NCBI GenBank assembly: GCA_964016885.1 | Contig: OZ024752.1 | Span: forward strand, 26,102,001 to 26,166,000 | Direction: 5' to 3' | Length of the DNA stretch: 64,000 nucleotides | DNA from: Eledone cirrhosa | Lineage: Eukaryota | In this document: positions 13,563-29,373 of the stretch, piece after piece | Position numbering within the stretch: the stretch's first letter is position 1 | Layout of the letters: every line of letters starts with the position of its first letter | The notes under the pieces: model-generated | Seen by the model: the letters and a program-made list of their open reading frames with translations, nothing else | The model's database searches: none | What the model was told of the DNA's origin: nothing | Made by a program: the position numbers and the translations under genes

Positions 13563-14172
13563 GTCAGGTCACCAGTTGGTGCTACTGGTAACATGTATCA
13601 CAGTACAACCTGTCTCATGGTCGGGTCGTTGGCGACTAAACTGGCAACCCCACCAAGGTTTCTTGGTGAGGAGGGTGGCTTTGGACATCCTGCAGGAATA
13701 AAAATAAAACCTGTCAAAGGGCAAAGGAGCTCGTAAGAGTCAATGGCCATCCAAAATCACCGGGAGAGATGACCCCTTAGCCTTTGTCAAGGCAGAATTC
13801 TAGGAGAAGGAAAACTCTGATATAACACCTGCAACCCTGATGATATGCAATGATGTTGACTTGTTCTTCTTTTTGGTAAATATCATCTTAGTTAAGAGAG
13901 TGGGACTGGCTTTGTGCAGTGCCTTTGCTCACTATAAAAGCTTCACGGCACAGGCATTACTCTATATCTGGAGATCTCTCTGCACTTGTCATCACATGGT
14001 ACCATGGGCCCAGCACTATGTGTCAATAATTGTCACAAGTGTAGTGTTTGTACCAGAGTTTTCAAGTCGCTGGCTGGACTAAAAAGCCACACTCGTTCAG
14101 CGCATCGGTAGGGGTTCTCCTACATGGATATAAAGTAGTGGCCGTACTCTAAAACAAGTTGGCAGCCACCAT
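13563..14172 (+). mobile_element. Family E, apparently full-length (~610 bp) non-autonomous LINE derivative
   Basis: All truncated copies keep the GGCAGCCACCATG end, so that end is taken as 3'; (ATGT)n tail; 5' part contains TCTAGGAGAAGGAAAACTCTGA, which I recall from RTE-type 5' UTRs (unverified). Confidence 0.7.
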
Positions 14173-14972
14173 GTATGTATGTATGCGTGTGACGTCCGAA
14201 TGAGTATCTTCCACCTATAACTAACTTACCCTCTGCTTCTTGGTCCCGGTAGACAGAATGGAGAAGACATTGCTCCGGAGGACGGTGAGGGTGACGCGCT
14301 AGAACAGAGATTCCATTTCGCGGAGCTCGTACCTGTGGGCAGCCAACTCCGATTTGATAGCCGTGAGCAGAGATGTGGTCCGGGGGGGGGGGGGGGGCAA
14401 GAATGCCGGAAGTGTCCATTGCTACAGGCTCTACCACAAACCTATCCGAGAGCGGCTGATACTTGGACAGTTTTCTACCTTCAGTCTGGCGAGCAGCAGA
14501 GCCTGAGCTGGGAGCCGAACGCTCAAGGTGGCCACTATATCAGATATAACGATACCATTTCTCATATTGTTACAATGTATTGTCTTACCCAATGTCAAAA
14601 ACAGCTATGCTTTTTATTATATTGTCACAATATTTCATTTTATATAATGTCAGAAAATAGTGATAACTATACTTCTCGTGTAGTCAGAAAGTTTAATCTT
14701 TGATAATGTCAGAAAACATCATCATACGAAAGAGCAGAATCCTTTTGATTACCCCAAATGTTTGACCGCACAAATCATTGAGGATCTTTCATGGTAAACG
14801 CCTATCTTTAGCATAGCTCTGTCCGTATTTCGAAGACTGGCCTTTCTCTTTAAGACCAGCAAATACAAATACTTGAACACCCTCCACCAACACCAACAAA
14901 GCTCAGGTGTACGGTTCCTACGTCTGGAACGGTGGTTGCTAATATTGGCATCCTAGATCATAGTGATATATA

Positions 14973-15143
14973 CTGTATTTCCCGGCGTCGAAGACGCTAC
15001 TTTTTTCCTAAAATAAGTCTCAAAAATTTACCATGCGTCCTAGAGGCCGAAGGTTGTTTATTATTTTTTTTTTCAAAATTTTTGGTTCTCAAAATTAGGG
15101 TACGTCCTCGAGAACGAAGTGTCTTCGGCACCGGGAAATACAG
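14973..15143. mobile_element. 171-bp MITE with TA target duplication
   Basis: TA|CTGTATTTCCCGG...CCGGGAAATACAG|TA. Confidence 0.85.
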
Positions 15144-15582
15144 TATGTGCAGACAACAATTGGTTGCGTATGGGAAGTAGATTCTACGTAGGATCGCATA
15201 ACTGCCAGGAATCTAGAAACAACACATCACTTCATACCGGATATTGATATAAGTCGAGATAATATGGTAAAAAATGAGGTTGCTGAAATGGAGGAAATAT
15301 GTAGCCTAAGGTTCATAAATCACGATTTAATGATAACATGCTCACATTTCTAACTCTAGGAAATTTATGAAAACGAAACGGAGATTATTAGATTAAATTA
15401 GAAATTATTTATGTATATTTTATTTAGTCGACCCAGAATTTATTTTAAGGTACTTTTAGAACTGCACAAATTTTTGAGGTAGGTATCATGACCCAGTGTT
15501 TGATATTCTTTGAGCCTGAGAAACATTTGTAATGACTATGTTTTAAGCATCATTAACCATCTTTTATAGGCGACAAATTTAC

Positions 15583-15875
15583 AAAGTCGTTAGAAAGTCG
15601 GACAGAATGATTTGCGGTATTCGTTTCGGCTCTCTGCTCTCTGAGTTCAAATCCAACCGAGGTTGAGTGGTTAGAGATTTGGATTCGCAATAGTGAGGTT
15701 GTGAGTTCGATTCCGGGACCGGGAAATGCGTTATTTCCTTGAAGAAGACACTTTATTTCATGTTGCCCCTTCTACCTGGAGTTGTGACCGATAGATAGTA
15801 TTAGCAATTTGAAAGACCAATGGAAACATTGTTGCCTTGATCCGATTTGACGAAAGTCCATCGACTGACATATAT
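15583..15875 (+). mobile_element. Nin-type SINE head adjoining a CORE-type tRNA SINE
   Basis: B-box-like GAGTTCAAATCC and GAGTTCGATTCC; CORE-like TCCTTGAAGAAGACACTTTATTTCA; 3' part repeated at 56725-56880. Confidence 0.65.
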
Positions 15876-15949
15876 TATATATATATATATATATATACAT
15901 ACATACATACATACATACATACATACATACATACATACATACATACATA

Positions 15950-16533
15950 CATGGTGGCTGCCAACTCGTTTTCGAGTACGGCCACTACTTTATATCCATA
16001 TAGGGGAACCCCTACCGATACGCTGAACGAGTGTGACTTTTTAGTCCAGCCAGCGACTTGAAAACTCTGGTACAAACACTACACTTGTGATAATTATTGA
16101 CACATAGTGCTGGGCCCATGGTACCATGTGACGACAAGTGCAGAGAGATCTCCAGATATAAAGCAATGCCTGTGCCGTGAAGCTTTTATAGTGAGCAAAG
16201 GCACTGCACAAAGCCAGTCCCACTCTCTTAACCAAGATGATATTTACCAAAAAGAAGAACAAGTCAGATACCATCAGATTTGCAGGTGTTATATCAGAGT
16301 TTTCCTTCTCCTAGAATTCTGCCTTGACAAAGGCTAAGGGGTCATCTCTCCCGGTGATTTTGGATGGCCATTGACTCTTACGAGCTCCTTTGCCCTTTGA
16401 CAGGTTTTATTTTTATTCCTGCAGAATGTCCAAAGCCACCTTGCTGGGGTTGCCAGTTTAGTCGCCAACGACCCGAGCATGAGACAGGTTGTACTGGGAT
16501 ACATGTTACCAGTAGCACCAACTGGTGACCTGA
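15950..16533 (-). mobile_element. Family E, near full-length copy
   Basis: Reverse complement of 13563-14172 with small deletions. Confidence 0.75.
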
Positions 16534-16591
16534 CATACATACATACATACATACATACATACATACATACATACATACATACATACATACA

Positions 16592-16622
<31 letters not shown>

Positions 16623-16695
16623 GAGCGGAACAAGTTAACATTAAACAATCTTTTAAATAAATTAAAATACGATTTAAATATTTACCTCTTCTAGT

Positions 16696-16775
16696 GCCAT
16701 GACCGACGGTTTCGCTTATCAAAAGATTGGAAATTCAGAGAATTTCCAATGGAAAGATATAGCTCTTCAGATAGC
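16696..16775 (-). ncRNA. Type I hammerhead ribozyme (family B)
   Basis: GCTAT-CTGAAGA-GCT..long hairpin..AGC-GAAA-CCGTCGG-TC-ATGGC on the minus strand. Confidence 0.8.
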
Positions 16776-17331
16776 TCTCCAAATCTACTAGACATAAGTC
16801 CGTATAGATGTAGATATATCACCCTCTGCCCAGTAAATGAATCAAGCCGTTAAAATGACCCACACACTTATTGAACTGTTAGAAAAAGCGGGAATTATAG
16901 ACTCGTTTATATTTCTTGCTGCTAGAAATAGCAGCATGATACAGCATTTTTTTCTCTACATTAAGGAGAATTAGATAAATGATATAGATATCCCAGTAGG
17001 TACTAGGTACCCACGGAAATATATATGGTGTCTATAATAGTGGTTGTTCTATGGTACTAATTTGAGATACCAGAACTGTAAATAAACATTAAACAATCTT
17101 TTAAATAAATTATAATATCTATATCATTTATCTAATTCTCCTTAATGTAGAGAAAAAAATGCTGTATCATGCTGCTATTTCTAGCAGCATGAAATATCAA
17201 CGAGTCTATAATTCCCGCTTTTTCTAACGGTCCAATAAGTGTGTGGGTCATTTTAACGGCTTGATTCATTCACTGGGCAGAGGGTGATATATCTACATCT
17301 ATACGGACTTATGTCTAGTAGATTTGGAAAA

Positions 17332-17411
17332 GCTATCTGAAGAGCTATATCTTTCCATTGGAAATTCTCTGAATTTCCAATCTTTTGATAAGCGAAACCA
17401 TCGGTCATGGC
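17332..17411 (+). ncRNA. Type I hammerhead ribozyme (family B)
   Basis: Stem I GCTAT/ATGGC, CTGAAGA, stem II GCT/AGC extended by ATTGGAAATTC/GAATTTCCAAT, GAAA, CCATCGG, GUC site. Confidence 0.8.
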
Positions 17412-17601
17412 ACTAGAAGAGGTAAATATTTAAATCGTATTTTAATTTATTTAAAAGATTGTTTAATGTTTACTTGTTCCGCTCATATTTACAGTTCTGG
17501 TATCTCAAATTAGTACCATAGAACAACCACTATTATAGACACCATATATATTTCCGTGGGTACCTAGTACTTACTGGGATATCTATATCATATATATATA
17601 T

Positions 17602-17636
<35 letters not shown>

Positions 17637-18273
17637 TATAACCTGAAAGTTTTTTCGTTGCTTTAGTGTTGTAGCGAGGCTTGCCTGCCTCAGTTTTCAA
17701 TTTGTCCTGCTATCTAACGTATGTTATTACTCTGAACACAGCCTCGTCGAGTGCTTGGTTGTATAATTCAGCATTGTATTTCGTTAGCTTGGCTACAACT
17801 GAAACTTCGATTTTACTAAACTTCCATTTGTATGTGTGTATATATATATATATGTATACGTATGTATATAAATATAATGTTGAAAACTCAAACGCAGAAA
17901 TTAACTGTAACCACAGTCGATTGCTATAATTAATAGCTTAGAAAATATAGTAAACCACCCCTATAGACAGATGTGTATATGTGTGTTTTTGCGTTCTTGT
18001 GTGCGCTTGCATGTGCGAGTGCGTGCTTACGTGCAACAGATCTTTTTTCAACAAAGAAAAGAAGAAATAGACAAATAAAATAAAAAAACGAAATAAAAAT
18101 GCGAAGGTTGAACACCCTCTCCCACCCACCCCCCACCTCACACACACACACATAAATAAGAAAAGTAAACTGTATAGAAAATAATTAAAATTGTTTAAAT
18201 TCATAAAATTAAAATCATTTTCTACCATTGTTTTTTTTTTAAATGTTAGCATGTCTATAAATGTCTATATGTG

Positions 18274-19930
<1,657 letters not shown>

Positions 19931-20536
19931 AAACCTAATTTAGAATCATTGAAAACCGTTTATCGTTATTTGAATAGTTCAATGATTGAGACAGATAGTT
20001 GCTAATGGTGGTGGGGGTGGGGGTGAGTTGGTGTGGGGTGGGGTGGAGGTCGGTGGGGTGGAGGTCGGGCTGGTGGGGGGTGGAGGAGGAGGTTGTAGTA
20101 GTAGTTGTAGTAGTATTAGTTGTAATAGTAGTAGTAGTAGTACTTGTAGTAGTAGTAGTAGTAGAAAGAAGAAGAAGAAGAATCATATTTTGGACCATGA
20201 TGATGATGATTACGACCATATAGACAATAACATTGTCAATGCTGATGGTTATAATTTTGTTGATGATTGTGATGATGATAATTTCTTTTGGGAAGTATGA
20301 GCTTTACAAGGGGCGAGGTTTAGGGTCTCGGGGTCTTCAGAACACAGTTAGAGTCCTTGCAGCATGTTGTGTCTTTAAGCTCCCCTCACCTGGCAAAGGG
20401 GAGTTCTATCTGTGGTTCAAAGAACAAGCTTTGCCACAAACTGCGTCGTATTGAATCTTCCTGAGAACTGCTTTAAGTAAAACACGTGTCTGTGCAATGT
20501 TCAACCATTTACACCTTAATTTCACAAGCAGACTGT

Positions 20537-20540
<4 letters not shown>

Positions 20541-20588
<48 letters not shown>

Positions 20589-20695
20589 CCCTCGCTCTCT
20601 CGTTCTCTCGCTCTTTCTCTCTCTTGCTCTCTCTCGTTCTCTCTCTCTCCCCCTCTCTCTCTCTCTTGTTCTCTCTCTCTCTTGTTCTCTCTCTT

Positions 20696-20740
<45 letters not shown>
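20541..20740. repeat. (CT)n microsatellite
   Basis: Visible. Confidence 0.95.
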
Positions 20741-20744
<4 letters not shown>

Positions 20745-21439
20745 GATTTCTTCCAGAGAAAGTGATTGTGAAGGAAATGTAGAAGAACCAGTCACAGAAT
20801 TTGACTTGCATGCCAAGATTAAAATACTCAAGACACGTCGCATGTTACTTTCTACAAAGCCCCTACGACTCCATCAGGAGTTAAGGAGGCCCCACGCCTC
20901 CCCACCCCCCTAAAAAAGTTGTAGATCTATTAAAGGAACAGAAGATACAATTATGCTAAATTCCAGTTTCAATCCTACCTTCCGCACCACCACCATCACC
21001 ACCACATAACCACCACCACCATCACCACCACACAACCTCCACCACAACCATCCACCACCACCATCCACCACACACTCCTGGAGAGGAAGCAAGTCTATCG
21101 TAAATATACATTACTCATAAAATGTTTGACATGTTTCCATATTCTAATCCTTTCGTTAACAATGCGCCAGAAACCATCTCTGATTCTGTAATACAAATTC
21201 TCTTACTTTACAGTATTCCTACTAATTATCTAAACCTTCCATCATAATTTTACGTATTTTATTAGTTCAATTATGTTCGAAAGACCAGCTTAATAATAGG
21301 AAAGTTAGTTATATTCCTTTAAACTTTTCATTTCTTTCAAAATTAATTGAAACACGTTGGCAGTGTCTTTCGTTAGAAATGTGGTAAGGAAATGGTTAAC
21401 ACATTTATTTGTGTTTGTGTGTAGGTACAACCAGAACAA

Positions 21440-23470
21440 CTCTCATTCGCAGCAACATCATCATTGTCACAACTATTACCACAACAACCACCATTTTATC
21501 TCAATCAATCCTTATTCTCACCACCTCGTCACCACCGCCACCGCTACCATCACCACCACCATCAGTAACACCAACACCACCACAACCAACACCACCATCG
21601 TCATCACCACCACCACCAACAACAACACCACCACTATCAATACCACCACCACCATCATCATCACCGACTATCAACACCACTATCAACACCACACCACCAA
21701 CACCATCTCCACCACCAACACCGCTATTACCAATCCTTATACCCATCATTACCACCACCACCACCAACAACAACAAAACCAACACAACCCTCACTATCAC
21801 CACCACTACTACCAACACCATCACCACCACCACCACCACACCAATTCTTATTCCAGCCATCACCACCACCATCATTAACACCAACACCACCACAACCAAC
21901 ACCACCAACACCATCACCACCACCAACACCACTACTACCACCAATCCTTATTCACATCATCACCACCACCAACAACGACAACAGCAACACCACGAACACT
22001 ATCACCACCACCAACACCACTACTACACCACCACAATCAACACCACCATCACCATCACCACCACCAACACCACTACTACACCACCACAATCAACACCACC
22101 ATCACCATCACCACCACCAACACCACTACTACACCACCACAATCAACACCACCATCACCATCACCACCACCAACACCACTACTACACCACCACAATCAAC
22201 ACCACCATCACCATCACCACCACCACAATCAACACCACCATCACCACCACCAACACCACTACTACACCACCACAATCAACACCACCATCACCATCACCAC
22301 CACCACAATCAACACCACCATCACCACCACCAACACCACTACTACACAACCACAATCAACACCACCATCACCATCACCACCACCAACACCACTACTACAC
22401 CACCGCAATCAACACCACCATCACCATCACCACCACCACAATCAACACCACCATCACCACCACCAACACCACTACTACACCACCACAATCAACACCACCA
22501 TCACCATCACCACCACCAACACCACTACTACACCACCACAATCAACACCACCATCACCATCAACACCACTACTACACCATCACAATCAACACCACCATCA
22601 CCGCCACCAACACCACTACTAATCCGTATTCCCTTCATCACCACCACCAACAACAAAACAACCAACACAACCATCACCATCACCACCATCATCATCATCA
22701 CTACCACAACCACCGCCACATCAAGACCACTACAACGCCGCACAACCATCACTACCAACACCACCAACACCAATACCACTATTACCAGAAATCTTTATTC
22801 CCAACACCACCATCGCCAACAACACCGCTACCAACACCACCTCCACCAACACCAGCATTAACACTACAACCACTACCGTCCCCACCACTACCATCATCAT
22901 CATCACCACCACAACCCCCGCCACATCAAAACCACCGTTACCACTACAACACCGCACACCCATCATTACCCCATCACTGCCATCATCATCATCATCGCCA
23001 CCACTACATCACCACCACTACATCACCACCACCACCGTACGCCACCACCACCATCATCACCACTACATCACCACCACTACATCCCCACCACGACCGTACG
23101 CCACCACCACTATCACCACCACTACATCACCACCACTACATCCCCACCACGACCGTACGCCACCACCACCATCACCACCACTACATCACCACCACGACCG
23201 TACGCCACCACCACCATCATCACCACTACATCACCACCACTACATCACCACCACTACATCCCCACCACAACCGTACGCCACCACCACCATCATCACCACT
23301 ACATCACCACCACTACATCCCCACCACAACCGTACGCCACCACCACCACCATCACTATCCCCATCACCACCACTACATCACCACCACTACATCATCACCA
23401 CTACATCCCCACCACTACATCCCCACCACGACCGTACGCCACCACCACCACCATCCCCATCACCACCCAA
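21440..23470. repeat. (CAC/CAT/CAA)n degenerate trinucleotide tract with higher-order units
   Basis: Visible; recurring CACCACTACTACACCACCACAATCAA and CCGTACGCCACC units. Confidence 0.9.
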
Positions 23471-24203
23471 ACCTCACAGAGGCCATCAAAAATTTACTCG
23501 ACAACAGCTAAGAAAAAAATGTCATCTCTCGCGTCTTGTTATAGAAAAGTCAGAAGAATACCTTGTCAGATTGTGACCTAGAAAAACAAAATGACGGACA
23601 AATTGACGAAGAAGAAGAAGAAGAAGAAGAAGAAGAAGAAGAAGAAGAAGAAGAAGAAGAAGAAGAGAATAATAATAATAAGAAGTAGAAAACTATAATG
23701 AGGATAAGAAGGCGGGCGAGGAGGGGGGGGAGAAGAGGAAAAACTCCAAAAATTAAAACAACAGCAACAACAACAATAACCAAAAACAACATCAACAACA
23801 CCAAGAGAAACTAAGACAGCAACAACAACAACAACAACGGCAGCAGCGACGACAAGATCAACAACAACACTAACGAAACTCGTAAACGGAAGCTTAGGAA
23901 TGCTACAATAAATAAATAGATAAATATAAAGTTGTGATGAATAGATAAAACGTAACCAATTCGGAGCCAATGAATGTGTGTCTGTATGGTGTCTTCTGGC
24001 CTGAGGGGGCCCCACGAAATCCCCACATAGACAACGGTACCGACAATCGAAACGTCTACACTCCACAGTCACCAGCACCCCCACCACTACCGAGGAGCGA
24101 CCTCAATGAGGGATCTTTGAACTGGTAACCTATTTATTTTGTATCGTTGAAGAAATTGTTGCAGGATGACTCAAAGAATATATATATATATATATATATG
24201 TAC

Positions 24204-24447
<244 letters not shown>

Positions 24448-24452
24448 TTATA

Positions 24453-24773
<321 letters not shown>

Positions 24774-24982
24774 TATTTAGCGAGAATCGCATTTCGGCGG
24801 GTAGAAATTAGCGAAACGCAACTTCCATATTGTGCAGACAAGCGCTCCATGGATATGAAGAAGATACCAGATCTATAAACATAAGTTAAAATGGTCATAC
24901 ACGCTGAGACGATGGTTAAGAAGCCATTAACCACCATAGCCAAAAAAGCGAACAAGCCAAACGGGTCAAACAAAATGAAATA

Positions 24983-25030
<48 letters not shown>

Positions 25031-25035
<5 letters not shown>

Positions 25036-25161
25036 GGCTTAAAAGTCGCGATACATAAAAAAATAATTATGTTTTATAAGAAACAATTTATTCAAAATAA
25101 ATAAATATGGAAACTTAAAAATGTCTTACGTATTGCGACTTTGCCCCCCCCCCCCCCCCTG
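25031..25161. mobile_element. Tc1/mariner-type MITE in (TA)n
   Basis: AGGGTGGC..AAAGTCGCGATAC / GTATTGCGACTTT.CCCC..CCTG inverted termini. Confidence 0.6.
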
Positions 25162-25309
25162 TATATATATATATATATATATATAAAACAAATAGTTTAT
25201 GTATACATATATATGTATATCGACAGTCGATCGACTTTCGTCTTATCGGGCCGACGAAACAATATTATGCTAATACATATATATATATATATATATAGGA
25301 AATTGTTCA

Positions 25310-25380
25310 AGACCCCGACGGTAAAGCTCAAGCCGTTTCGACGGCTATTTCCTATTACCCACTCGACTACCCTAAATATT
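25310..25380. mobile_element. Family D fragment with internal inversion
   Basis: GACCCCGACGG..GCTCAAGCCGTTTCGACGGCTA (antisense) joined to TTCCTATTACCCACTC.ACTACCCTAA (sense). Confidence 0.65.
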
Positions 25381-25761
25381 GTGTAAATATAATATGTGTA
25401 CATATGTGTATGTGTACATATGTGTATATGTGTGTATATGAATAAGTATACAAATAAGACCATCGGTTGTCCTAATCTGTAAACAAAACAATTATTATTA
25501 TGGGGCTGTGAGACGTTATCAAACTAGCTGTCATATTACGTAGTTTCTCTATTACGACCCCATTACGTCAGAATGTACCCCGACCAGACCTAAACCCCGG
25601 AAATACTGATTATTTTAATTTAAAACGCCATCCCGCTTAACGAACCGAATTCCCTGCAATCAGCAATTAGCATCATCCAAGCTCTACCTCGAACTACATG
25701 AAATTATATATATTAACTAAAGGTATATAATATAACCTGCAATTAAATAAGCTTAATAAAG

Positions 25762-25953
25762 ATAATTGTTTCTACTTTTGGCACCAGGCCAGCAATTATC
25801 CCAGTGCATTACTGGTACTTTATTTTATCGACCCCGTAAGGATGAAAGGCTAAGTTAACCTCGGCGGGATTTGAATTCAGAACGTAAAGAGCCAAAACTC
25901 TATGCTGCAAAGCATGGTGTCTGACGCCCTACCGATACTGCCAATCCACCACC
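25762..25953 (-). mobile_element. tRNA-derived SINE with Deu/Nin-type core
   Basis: Minus strand: TGGCAGTATCGGTAG A box, GAATTCAAATCC B box, GCCTTTCATCCTTACGGGGTCGATAAAATAAAGTACCAG core. Confidence 0.8.
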
Positions 25954-26269
25954 ATTCAAACATTAACTGAATAAGCACTCAATACTTGTAAATAGAGAGT
26001 ATATATTATTTTCTGGATCGAAATAAATTATTAAACAAAATAGTGTCTAAATATAAAAAAGTATTGACTAAATAAAATTATCTAAAGTTCTTTATATATG
26101 TATGTATGTTTGTATATATATGTATGTTCTCTTTCTCTTAATTTCGAGTACATTTTAGACATACATACATACATACATATATACGTACGTACGTACTTAT
26201 GTATGTATGTATGTATGTATGTATGTATGTATGTATGTTTTCTCTTTCTCTTAATTTCGAGTATATTTT

Positions 26270-27080
26270 TTTGACCGGCCACCTTCCTGGTGGCAAGGTT
26301 GTAAAAGAAAAGAAATTGTCATCCCTTGAATCGCAAGAATGTTTTGCAAATTTTGAAGGTGCCAGCTATCGCAGCCATTTGTAGACTATGAATTAGGGAG
26401 CTGCGCTTTTTGTCCACAAATCCAAGTTCAGTCATACTTTGGTCCAAGCGGGTTGGTATATAACCCGTAGCACCAATAATGATGGGTATGAAGCTAAAGG
26501 TGTATCTTGGATACTGGATTTGTAAACTCCTCATCATTGGTCCGTAGATGTCCTCCTTCTCCTGTATTTTTCTGACAACGTTTACATCAAGTGGGCAGCT
26601 GATCTCCACAACAGAACACGTTTTCAATGTGTGGTCCCAAACTACAATATCAGGCCGGTTGTGCTTTAATTTGGTGGCAGTTTTTATTTTCAGGTTCCAC
26701 CAGTATTCCTTAGTGCCATCTGTCTCAATATATTCTTCCTCGTTTGTTGTTAATTTTGTTTTCCGAAGTGCGTTCCAGATGGTTCTAGCTATCCCATCGT
26801 GTTTCATGGGGAGGTAGTAGCGAGATGACATTCTTTCGCAGCTGGCAACAATGTGGCTTACATCCTCGATCTTTGTTTTACATAGCCTACATTTATTGTC
26901 AGCTGCTGGCCCTCCTCTTTTGTGCAGCAGATATTTGGTAGGGAGTTCTTGTTCCTGTATTGCATAGAGATATCCCTCAAGGTGTGATGTCATAAACTTG
27001 TCGGAACTCCATGCCAGGCTTTTTGAGTGGTTTATCCCCTCTATGGTCTGTGTTTTACGCCTCAAGTATCCATGCACAAC
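26270..27080 (-). pseudogene. R4/Dong-like non-LTR retrotransposon 3' part: CCHC knuckle plus restriction-like endonuclease
   Basis: ORF 26319-27077: CRLC..EDVSHIVASC, KHD, RPDIVVWD...VVEISCP...KEDIY; 3' end next to (ACAT)n. Confidence 0.85.
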
Positions 27081-27160
27081 TTTTTCTGTAAATTGGTCAC
27101 TTTTTCTGTAAATTGGTCACTTTTTCTGTAAATTGGTCACTTTTTCTGTAAATTGGTCAT
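27078..27160. repeat. 21-bp tandem repeat x4 at the 5' truncation junction of the R4-like element
   Basis: (ACTTTTTCTGTAAATTGGTC)-type unit repeated. Confidence 0.9.
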
Positions 27161-27930
27161 CCAGGACTCCAAATCGACTGGGAAGAAATGAAGAGCAGCT
27201 GAGGTAGTCCCAACAGGCAGGGACGGTTGAAGCACAAGGCTCTTCTTGGAAGACTGTCATGTCAGGGTGGTTCATCTTCAGCCCAATATGATATTTCAAG
27301 CAGAGAAGGAGAAACTGAAGTTGGTGCAGGGAAATATTCGAGCAGGTATAACAGTGGCACTGATTGGATGAAGTGGGAACAGGTGATGGAGTAGAAAATT
27401 ATCTGGCAAGACATCCAGAAATGGAACCGATAGAGGATCATATTCTTGATTCAAGAGTTCTATTATGCTCCCCTCAATCATCCAACTTATTATCATGAGG
27501 CATATTACATACACCAATAGGTCTCCTTTGACCCCGATCAGGGACATTCGGACATATCTTGAGCAGCTACAATTTGTTAAGGAAGGAGAACGTTCAAAGA
27601 AAATACTAAAAAAAAAACTGCTATGCCACTTTGCTTTCCATCGTATGAAGCTGGGTGATGACAATTGGTCTTCGACAAGCAGCAGAGAATTCTATCACTG
27701 TTGTCTGGGAGGAGAAGATGGAGAAGGCACAAGAAAGGCAAAGAGTAAAGTAGTAGTAATTGGCGGAAGACTGCCAGCGAAAGTGGGCAGTGAAGGGTTT
27801 GCAGTTTAGTAAGGTTTACGAAGCCTTTGTCTATAGCGGATTGACCAGGAGAAGATTCACCAAAAGCAATATGGAGACATCAGAAGATGGCGTCCAGATA
27901 ACGCTGGCTGAAAATAAGTAACCTCTGGGG
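27160..27930 (+). pseudogene. Highly degenerate Hero-like (REL) LINE fragment
   Basis: Broken frames give WMKWEQVME*KIIWQDI..RIIFLIQ, GHILSS and EKAQER...LAEDCQ, resembling Hero ORF C-termini (recalled, not searched). Confidence 0.55.
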
Positions 27931-28419
27931 GTCATTAGAGTGACACGGAAGTAAGGTGAGGCTTGATAAATCTCGGTTAGGTCACTCGCATGAGAGTACA
28001 TGTTATGAGACCTAAATTATCCAGTGGCTCCATGATAGAACACCGAAGATGTGTCCAAGTATCTGTTTATAAATCTAGGAAGAACTTAAACTACACACAC
28101 ATACATAAACATAGGCACACAGACGCACAGGCGAAAACGCCTGCACACACACACACTCACACACACTTACACACATAAATATATTTACTGTGGAATAGAC
28201 AACATGATATGACAGCTAATTCAACATGAACGAGATACAGTAGGAGATTTTAGATATGTACCGTGGTGAAAAGAACTATTATCCTTTCATGTAAACTACT
28301 ACTAAAACTACTATAGACACACACAAACATGGACACACACTTACATATATATATATGTGTGTGTGTGTGTGTAAGTATATATGTGTAAACAAACAAATAA
28401 ACCTAAACAAGCACGTTAA

Positions 28420-28640
28420 GAACAGACACAGATATTAGTTTTTTTAAAAAAACACAACCACACGAAGACACACACACACACACACTCACACACACACACA
28501 CACACATACATACACACACACAAACAGATATTAGTTTTAAAAAAAACACAACCACACGAAGACACACACACACACATACACACACAAACAGATATTAGCT
28601 TTTTAAAAAAACACAACCACACGAAGACACACACATACAC
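28420..28640. repeat. 3x CAGATATTAG..AAAAAACACAACCACACGAAGAC unit separated by (CA)n
   Basis: Visible. Confidence 0.85.
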
Positions 28641-29071
28641 ACACACACACACACATACACACATACATACACACACACACACACATACATACAAACACAC
28701 ACATACATATATATAACCCTCATTACAAGAAACTGACGTAAATATCCATGTCGTACTGGATCTCATCTTTCTCGTTCTTTGCTTGTTTCACACGGCTGAA
28801 AGCTTAGAATCGGGTTTCAAACTAGGAAACGGTAATAATTCGAGTAGAGATGAGACGAAGAACGCTTGTTTTTTATTTCTTAATTGACTATCTTTTTATA
28901 TTTTGTTTTTATATAGTAATTTTTAAAGTACTTTTGTATAGTTTGTCGTAGGTTTCTAGTTGTTTTTTTTAATTACCCTAAAATCTTTTTTCTTTCATTC
29001 TCGGCTTTTACCATATAATCTACATGTATTTAGTTTATAAATATATGTTATGTATGTACATGTGTACAAGA

Positions 29072-29169
<98 letters not shown>

Positions 29170-29170
<1 letters not shown>

Positions 29171-29373
29171 ACGAAGGAAATGTTGAACCAGGTGGACCAT
29201 AACGCACCAAAGTACTCAATACTTAGGGTGGTAGAGTGGGTAATAGGAAGGAGTGGAACCCCGACGGCTGAGCTCAAGCCATTTCGACGGCTAATTCTGG
29301 ACTAAAAATTTTTTTTTAGTCCAGAATTACCCGTCGAAACGGCTTGAGCTCAGCCGTCGGGGTCCTACTCGTT

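Larger units (their letters stand above)
16621..17590. mobile_element. HHR retrozyme-like family B (464-bp monomer): minus copy 16621-17112 and plus copy 17117-17590, circularly permuted
   Basis: Inverted arrangement; ATCTATATCA at 17117 and 17581 gives the period; HHR in each copy. Confidence 0.8.

Noticed and set aside
14120-14703. GC-richer ORFs (105 and 122 aa)
   Set aside because: Cross a poly-G run and a repeat boundary; no motif recognised; probably an unidentified TE fragment
20755-20913. Possible host exon after a (CT)n tract (also 3290-3340)
   Set aside because: Acceptor-like AG present but no recognisable protein similarity or partner exons
21409-23511. 700-aa His/Thr/Pro-rich ORF after an AG acceptor-like site
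   Set aside because: Drifts between poly-T, poly-P and poly-H registers, typical of a degenerate (CAC)n tract; no domain
25220-25262. HHR-like GACGAAAGTCGATCGAC motif (minus strand; related to 15840-15870 and 56850-56880)
   Set aside because: No room for stem II and no UH before stem I; appears to be a SINE 3' region
28765-28856. Stem-enclosed CTGAAAG...GAAAC motif
   Set aside because: Core and stem I are non-canonical; single copy, so it cannot be supported
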